From the NCBI GenBank assembly GCA_044229145.1, contig JBGATO010000011.1, positions 9,519-73,518 on the forward strand: a DNA stretch of 64,000 bases, read 5' to 3'. This document shows, one piece after another, positions 60,801 through 64,000 of this stretch; the first letter of the stretch is position 1, and each line of letters starts with the position of its first letter. Made by a program: the position numbers and the translations under genes. Below the pieces are notes generated by a model. That model was not told the DNA's origin and searched no databases. It saw only the letters and a program-made list of their open reading frames with translations. This stretch comes from Candidatus Eiseniibacteriota bacterium. GTDB taxonomy: Bacteria > Eisenbacteria > RBG-16-71-46 > CAZEPH01.

Positions 60801-61608
60801 GTCGGGCTACATTGTCGGCACGCAACGCGCGATTCTGCCGCTCGGGCCCTCGAGCCGCACGTTCGCGATCGGCGATGACTCGCACTATGCCGGCGTGCAA
60901 CTCGACTTCGCCGATGTCACCTCACCCGGGACAGTGAGCGCGACGACGACCACCGGCGATCACCCGTCGCTCGCCTCGTCCCCCTTGCTGCTCGATCAGA
61001 CCGCGAACCGCTATTGGTCGCTGACCAACGCCGGCGCGGCGTTCTCGACCTACGACGCGACGTTCACCTTCGATCCCGCGGATCTCGACGCGTCGGCCGA
61101 CCCGGCCACGTTCCGCGTGGCGCAATTCGACGCACCCTCGACGTGGATGCTGGCGGCGCCGGGCGCGCGGACCGCCACCAGCACGCAGGCACTCGGATTG
61201 GCGTCGTTCAGCGACTTCGCGGTGGGCAATGTCGCGGCGGCGCCCACGTATGCGATCACCGCGACGGCGGGGGAGCACGGCACCATCTCGCCATCCGGGG
61301 TCACCACGGTGGACGCGGGCGCGGGGCAGACGTACACGATGACACCGGATGACGGCTATCACATCGCCGATGTCCGGGTAGACGGCGCCAGCATCGGCGC
61401 GGTCACGGTCTATGACTTCGTGAACGTGAACGCGGATCACACGATCGAGGTGTCGTTCGCCGCGACGATCGTCACCTACACCGTCACGGCGACGGCGGAC
61501 GCGCACGGCACCATCGCGCCGGATGGCGTGTCGGTCGTCAATCAGGGCGAGGATCTCACGTACACGATCACGCCCGACGCGCCCTACCACATCCGTTCTC
61601 CGCGGTGA
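48898..61608 (+). CDS. Giant secreted repeat protein (beta-solenoid/Ig-like modules and InlB-B-like repeats), 4236 aa, truncated by a frameshift
   Basis: GAGGAG RBS; signal peptide ending AFA; Thr/Gly/Ser-rich; four macro-units starting YRS..(S/T)G.W....TW; ends abruptly YHIRSPR* inside a repeat. Confidence 0.9.
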   Translation: MRPTHSLRGLPVPPGLLGVLLLVLGLSPRAFAASAGDYRSLNTGNWNSPGTWQTYDGSSWVAATSTPTSADGVITIRNNDNVTISAAGLTVDQVTVNGGGTLTVASGITWTLADGAGTDLTIAGLMVNAGGTWSFGTNATWQVDDGGTYVHNTTAAVGTLLDRATLAAASTFIYRGSSTITPPVSLGNRTYGNLTFESTAGSWSFAPNASSPVTALGTFSLGANVTMNSQITGLVTIGGSFTNNGTLNNQAGTQAFLFTGPAATIGGTSATTFEQVRIASGAVVTVASAVTFDATAADTIDGTLGVTNATLTVSAPSVVVTGTFRLGDGGVYSGTALNYDGSASTLEFANTAGAYAVSGKTYWPTSNSSRPRNVNVSGTGGIALDATARTVPEVFQTAGPVTNASKLSVNGTAQVNAGGSFDAAPTFGNNSTLLYNATVSVGPEWSAGTVAGVGVPQNVIVQAGTVTLPTSSRTCPGDVSIAGGTLKMNATAGADLTVGGNWTLTSGGFTPNGRTVLFSGAAPQTLSGATTFNGFTVSSGADVVVTAPVTLAAGFTATVDGALELGAALTASSTLRVNGSLQLNAGGSIDTAPLYGASAALRYNTTINVGVEWGAGTVPGAGVPKTVSVLSGTVSMPAGDRTCPGDFTLSGGEFALSTSNGRDLSVGGNWTLTGGIFSPNGRTVFFNGTTPQTLSGTTFFGGLVIASGANLTILSIAGADTGPTVDGTLQLGATFTSSQNGQVNGTLQLNAGGHFYASGNHTVLYGPASLLVYTASLTPSDEWWAASTPQAVVVQSGTITLSAGGSYSIAGDLTLSGGNLTSSLASSQRVKLSLGGDWALSGGSFTPTGVNVDFNGTSPQLLAGATSFETFSIASGANVSFTSPVTIVAGTTDTSSVASGGTLQLSAALTTGGAPLAVNGALQWNAGASLDAAPRYGSTSELRYNTTRTVGTEWGAGAAVGVGVPGAVTVLSGTITMPSADRTCGGDLTLSGGTLALGTGNGNDLSVGGNWTRNGGTFTPNSRTVFFNGKTVQTLTGATTFSSITVSSGADLSLTSAVTLTSGATVNGTLELGAALTVSSTLLVPGTLQYNAGGSVSVVPTFSGSATLVYNTTQAVGPEWGSGSVVGSGVPKNVTVAAGGIVTMPTTARTCGGNLTIDGGTLTLSTTAGADLTVGGNWLHSSGTFTHNSRMVTFNGTGTQTVTGPTTETFSVLGVNKPSGALTLGSNVTVTKASGDAIVLSNAGTVDLGGFTLLLKGVYANIDVIGGVRTIGGTGTLLGGGGAAPWGVVASSGGSLTTGPGVTITANLFDPGPGLTTIQGTLSMGTGDGQSGVWNNAPIFTAGSTLQYVGQGFRDIEWSATSGAGYPANVRISRSLDVGFNGKSNVPLQCAGDLTVDADHALNLDKTDMTQPLVVGGNLFLNGILSLSDLAGGDFTLRGDWNQSATGTFTPKGRTVSLLGTSPQAIGGVTAFDGLTLDNAGGAVFANDVTVNKTLTLTAGVLTAGTHAVIVGSAGSVARTAGYVNGLLRKSVPTSSGVLSRTFEIGDADRYAPLTLAFSKVTVAGTVTAASLRDDHPNLGSSTLQPTKTANRHWTVANSGVVFPTYDATVTFDPADVDAGADPSVFHLEAFTPPSTWSPPAAGTRTATSTQGVGFTQLGDLATGEATWAITATASTNGTISPPGVTVVPQGGSQTYSFTPDPGYHVSGIYVDGVQVVGYLGIASYTLTNVSADHTVTATFTAGQLAYRSVASGNWDLPSTWESSGDGTTWKPAIAPPDAGDEAIQVRAPHAVTIATSTIADQLTVESGAQLTIGAGVVLTIANGDGTDLTVAGTLANSGALIFAAPAARPSARPAVSGTNWMLAAGGIYIHNTTDAVSPVLDAGTISTASTVTYRGSSTLTPPVSTDGRTYGSLTFESSDGGAWLASAGGAGDLTIAGDFVLGPGVTFSTSQTGTMTFAGNFTFDEAMVLGAGTQRCVFTGVGKSIVNTSAYLHVAEFEAFTVAAGASLRAYELTLDATFPDTVDGTLTLDQGILKANSTLHVNGTYTAIAGAVQGLPLQYGPNGTLEIQLSGGTIDDTSLLWPASGGPANVTIAASTQVNSPRTVPGVLQISANFDAGKLTVPGITQINPGGSATNAPTYTSTSTLIYLRGISNGAEWGSGSTIGKGVPNNVIVQAGNGTVSLPQTDHTCGGDLTLISGTLRLNGSPAKTLFAKGNWTAAGGVFDANGQKVAFTGAARQSLVGPTSFYDLQLNNASGLAIADDITITKSLTLTSGALVTGDDKVVLDSTATVSRTGGQVAGTMAKRLKTSAGTTSWTFAIGDSLRYAPVTVDFPSGITAPGTLTATTMPGDHPSLGGSRLIADKTANRYWSVSNAGLGFPTYNATFTFDPADLDAGANTANFKVAKFDAPATWTLPVVGSRTATSTQATGMTSFSDFEAGEVPSHTITASTNGGGTITPKGAVSVLDGDSKTFTLAPSGGHHLADVAVDGASVGATTSYTFVNVTSDHSISATFDATNYRSLASGVWSSASTWEQFDGTTWSPAITPPDSSVGTIVIRSPHVVTNTTSIYVDQVTIDAGAQVTTTSGFLVVDGPGTDLVVDGTLLNQWNVTPQGTATCAVHDGASVIINTNAGSSSFLNATTLSAGSTFIYRGSISASSGPELSNRTYGNLILEWPDGYGTWFVTGAGPLTVAGDFTISPNVTLSTSQTGVMTFAGNMTLNGTLTNGTGTQIYKFTGAGKTIGGSVAANFERFLVPSGASITIATPTTLASSFADTIDGTLGVSGVALTSNGSLTVNGTFRLEQGATVSGSAFTYGPASTLLFANASGAFAVTSASPFWPSVSGPPNVNVAGAGGINLGAARTVSGLCQVAAPVSTANNLTSTGTVQLNAGATFDAAPTYAGTATLLYNAGLPVGPEWGSGTALGVGVPRQVTVQAGGGSVMLPNADRTCPGDLVLASGELQGASGRTLSVGGNWTSSGGTFTPNGGTVAFTGATPQTMSGTTTFDFVTLANASGLTPLNDFTVNRTLTLTQGLLNVEAHTLTVGATGDISRGTGYVNGALRVNLPAGPVSRLFAIGDASHYAGVQLDVANVTTPGSVTATTTAGDHPAIGSSPLAPQNTANRYWTLTNSGTGFTTYDATFTFSPSDLDPLTVPSTFRVAQFNAPSTWTLDPPGVRTATSTQALGMSEFGDFAVGNDSMAVGGQFTVTASAGAHGSISPAGVTTLAFGALQTYTMLPDSLYRVLDVHVDGVSVGAVTTYTFANVAESHTIDAAFALTTYTITATAGANGSITPSGVTVVNHGDSLTYAMTPADHYHVADVLVDNVSVGAVGTYSFVDVTADHTIAVSFALDSYTITATAGPNGTITPSGTIVLGYGATQVFTMAGSGAYKVADVQVDGASVGAVTSYTFTNVTANHTIAATFALGPFMYRSAASGNWNAPSTWQFFNGTDWVLSLANTPTSADSLVTVRSPHVVTVSAPVTIDQTTVDAGAQLTVASGQTLTLANGAEATDLTLNGTILVQGTFTPNTSSAWVLNDGATYIQNTTSTMGTVLDKGTLQPNSNFLYRGSSTLSPNTATNNRTYGNLSFESTSGSWTAVPSGSGTLTIAGDFVLGSNVNFNPTQTGVMTFGGNFTNNGTITNGSGVQKYTFSGAGKTLGGSSATSVERFAVSSGASLTVVAPLTLASSTATVTGTLGVSNTTLTATVGPVIDGTFRLDQGGVVAGTAFTYGAAGTLIYGNTTGSYSVSAATVEWPVASPPFNVWVSGAGGVTLSSARTVAGTFETAGPILGASLLTIGGTAQFDAGGSADSAPVYGSGATLLYAGALAVGPEWSAGDATGVGVPHHVTIHAGTGTVTLPAEERSCPGTLTLTSGTLAMNGAASALNVGGDWIANGGAFAANSGLVSFNGTAPQNLTGATSFDFATLANAAGLTLADDITVNRTLTLTAGLLSTGAHAVTLGAAGDVTRTSGYIVGTQRAILPLGPSSRTFAIGDDSHYAGVQLDFADVTSPGTVSATTTTGDHPSLASSPLLLDQTANRYWSLTNAGAAFSTYDATFTFDPADLDASADPATFRVAQFDAPSTWMLAAPGARTATSTQALGLASFSDFAVGNVAAAPTYAITATAGEHGTISPSGVTTVDAGAGQTYTMTPDDGYHIADVRVDGASIGAVTVYDFVNVNADHTIEVSFAATIVTYTVTATADAHGTIAPDGVSVVNQGEDLTYTITPDAPYHIRSPR

Positions 61609-62741
61609 GCGCCAACCACACGATCGCCGCATCGTTCGCGCTCGACACCTACACGATCACCGCGAGCGCGGGCGCGCACGGCGCCATCGCGCCGGCCGGC
61701 GTGACGGTCGTCAATCAGGGCGACGATCTCGCATTGTCGATCACGCCCGACGCGCACTACCACGTCGACAACGTCGTGGTCGACGGCGATAGCATCGGGC
61801 CCGTCATGTCCTACGCGTTCACGCACGTCGTGGCGAACCACACGATCGACGTCTCGTTCGCGATCGACACCTACACGATCACCGCGTCGACTCAGTGGCC
61901 GACGACCTCGCGCATCGTGCCGCTCGAGAACGGCATGATCGAACCGGCTGGCGTCACGATCGTCCCCTACGGCGGGAGCCAGGTCTATACCATCACCGCT
62001 GGTGCGCGCTATCGGATCGAGGATGTCGTCGTCGACGAAGTGAGTGTCGGGCCGGTGTTCACCTACGAGTTCGACAACGTCTCCACGGATCACACCATCG
62101 TGGCGATCTTCGGCAGTGAGACGACGCCAGTGGCGATTCTGAAGGCTGACCCGCCGGTGGCGGCCTTGAACCGCCACCTGCATGCGGCCGCCAGCTACGG
62201 GGTGCATTTCGAGATGATCGGCCAACGCGGCCCGATACCGCTCGACCCGCAAGACGTGGCGCTGGAATTCGACGGGGCACGCCTCGCCGCGAAGAGCGTC
62301 ACGGTGGATGACGGCGGCCACGGTCTCGCGCAATTCGACGTGACGGAGCTGTCGACGATTCTCGCGCCCGTCAGCAGCGGCGATGCCGCGCGTGTCACGC
62401 TGCTCGTGACCACCGAGGGCGAAACCCAACGCGCTGAATTCTCGATCACGGTCACGGGGATCCAAGCCGACGCCAGCGTGACGGTGCTGACCGAACCTGT
62501 TCTCGGCAGCACGCGCATCCAATACGTGATTCCCGAGGACGGCATCGCCAACCTCGAACTCTTCGATGCGCGCGGCCGGCTGGTACGCGCCCTCGTGCAT
62601 GAAGTCGCAAGTGCCGGGCGCTACGAAGTGCAATGGGACGGCCGGGACATGCGCGGCGTTTCGCTTCCGGCAGGAGCGTATTACCTCCGCGGCCGTCTCG
62701 GGACCGCCACCGTTCGCAGAGGACTGCTGAAGATGCGGTAG
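61594..62741 (+). pseudogene. Out-of-frame C-terminal part of the giant protein (remaining repeats and FlgD/T9SS-like domain)
   Basis: Frame reads FSAVSANHTIAASF, the second half of the interrupted repeat; no RBS or signal peptide; ends LFDARGRLVR...WDGRD..G..LPAGAYYLR. Confidence 0.85.
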
Positions 62742-62973
62742 TCGTTCGGCACACGCAGTCGAGCACGTCGCCGGCCGCCCGCTCGGGCGCGCCGGCGATT
62801 TCATGGGTGCGCACCGGGGACACACACGCCACGCCGACAAGCGCGAGACACCGCAGCGCGTCGCAACGCATGCGGTGACGAACGGTGTCGGTGCCGCGGC
62901 TCGTTCCGTGCCGGGGCGCGCGAGGGACGATGGCCTTCCGAGCGAGCCGGACCCGCAGCGGGGGAGCCCTTCC

Positions 62974-63009
62974 AAAAAGCAAAGAGACCGGAGGAAGGCC
63001 GCCGGTCTC
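62974..63009 (-). terminator. Rho-independent terminator downstream of the tRNA fragment
   Basis: Minus strand GAGACCGG-loop-CCGGTCTC followed by TTTGCTTTTT. Confidence 0.8.
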
Positions 63010-63036
63010 GTCAATTCTTGCTCGGATTCAATGTGT

Positions 63037-63082
<46 letters not shown>

Positions 63083-63187
63083 TGGCGAACTGGCGGGAAT
63101 CCAGACAACGCCAGACGACCCGAGCCAAGCATGACAAGCACATACCGGGTCGCGGCCCGTCTCGTGTCATCCCTCCTCGTTCCCGGA

Positions 63188-63207
63188 ACTAGCACAAGAC
63201 TAGCACA
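63188..63207. repeat. Direct repeat ACTAGCACA-AG-ACTAGCACA, candidate integrase arm-type sites
   Basis: Perfect 9-bp tandem repeat about 105 bp from the att core; variant ACAAGCACA at 63134-63142. Confidence 0.6.
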
Positions 63208-63437
63208 GGGTTCGAGCGGCTGCGGTGGCGATGCACGCCTGCGCCTGGCCCGCAAGGTCGTCGCACTGCAGTTGTGGGCGGGGATGGCACGTTCGGGCCA
63301 GATCAGTCGAAAACGTCCGACAGCGAACCTCCGCCGAAAGGTCCCCCGCTCGAAAGGGTTCGCGCGACGGTGCGCCACTCGACCTCGAGAGGCAGCAATC
63401 ACGCGCGTCGCCTCAACCGATTCGTCCGTGTCGGCTC

Positions 63438-64000
63438 CTAACTGTCCTCCCCCTCGTGACGGTCAGCCTTTCGCGGCCACGACATCTCGTGAACGCGCGC
63501 CGTCAAACTTCCTTCGCGCACGCGCGCGGTCCGCGGGTCGAAGTCGCCGATTGCGCCGCCGAGCGCGACCGACAGCCCCGCCGACTTGGCGAGCCCGAGT
63601 TTTTGACTGGCGTACACGCTGCGGTGTCCCACCATGAGGAACGCCGTGACGGCGGCCAGCGCCGCATAGACGCCCTCGGGCGCAGGCAGCAATTCGATGG
63701 CCATGACCGCCGCGGCCAGCGGTGTGTTGGCCGCGCCGGCAAGAACGGCGATGAAGCCGAACGCCGCGAGCAAACTCGGCGGCACGCCGAACAGGTGAGC
63801 CAGCGCGGCGCCACTCGTCGCGCCGATGAAGAAGATCGGCGTCACGATGCCGCCGCTTCCCCCGGTCTCCAACGTGACCGCGGTGGCGAAGATCTTGATC
63901 AGGCACGCTGCCGCCACGACATGGGTCGTTCCGCGCAAGACGCCGTCGATGGTCGACGTCCCGAGGCCTGCGTACTGTTCGCCCGCCAGGCTGTACAGCG
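63438..64000 (-). CDS. CLC (EriC-like) chloride/fluoride channel-family protein, C-terminal part
   Basis: Frame open to the window edge; KIFATAVTL, GGSGGIVTPIFFIGA, AGAANTPLAA..MAIEL, GHRSVYASQ. Confidence 0.9.
   Translation of the reverse strand, partial: LYSLAGEQYAGLGTSTIDGVLRGTTHVVAAACLIKIFATAVTLETGGSGGIVTPIFFIGATSGAALAHLFGVPPSLLAAFGFIAVLAGAANTPLAAAVMAIELLPAPEGVYAALAAVTAFLMVGHRSVYASQKLGLAKSAGLSVALGGAIGDFDPRTARVREGSLTARVHEMSWPRKADRHEGEDS

Noticed and set aside
61605..62741. Independent 378-aa gene coupled by a GTGA overlap
   Set aside because: No RBS or signal peptide, and it starts mid-repeat; better explained as the frameshifted tail of the giant gene.

Overview
High-GC (roughly 70% by eye) bacterial chromosome segment. 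The many secreted proteins ending in FlgD-Ig/T9SS-like C-terminal domains, plus one ending in a 'SWGKVKTLYR' tail, suggest an FCB-group candidate phylum such as Ca. Eisenbacteria (inference). From left to right: a VOC protein and a cation/H+ antiporter; a minus-strand LOG / secreted GH31 / zinc-ribbon operon; a complete group 3b (sulfhydrogenase-type) [NiFe]-hydrogenase operon (hypAB, beta, cNMP-binding protein, gamma, delta, alpha, a maturation-protease::HypF fusion, hypCDE); a rhodanese and MauE/DoxX pair; a DEGS1-like sphingolipid desaturase; a NarX/NarL-type two-component pair; pgi; several secreted Ig/repeat/propeller proteins; a four-gene operon (DUF1611-like P-loop protein, ABC exporter, repeat protein, outer-membrane barrel); SulP; BlaI/BlaR1 (M56) with a TACA-N2-TGTA operator; crcB; and a ~13.8 kb giant repeat-protein gene frameshifted by an apparent ~49-nt deletion. 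The right end holds an att site (3' half of tRNA-fMet with candidate integrase arm repeats) marking the edge of an integrated element that begins with a CLC-family gene. No CRISPR array, rRNA or intact tRNA was seen. All calls are from reading the sequence; no database searches were run.
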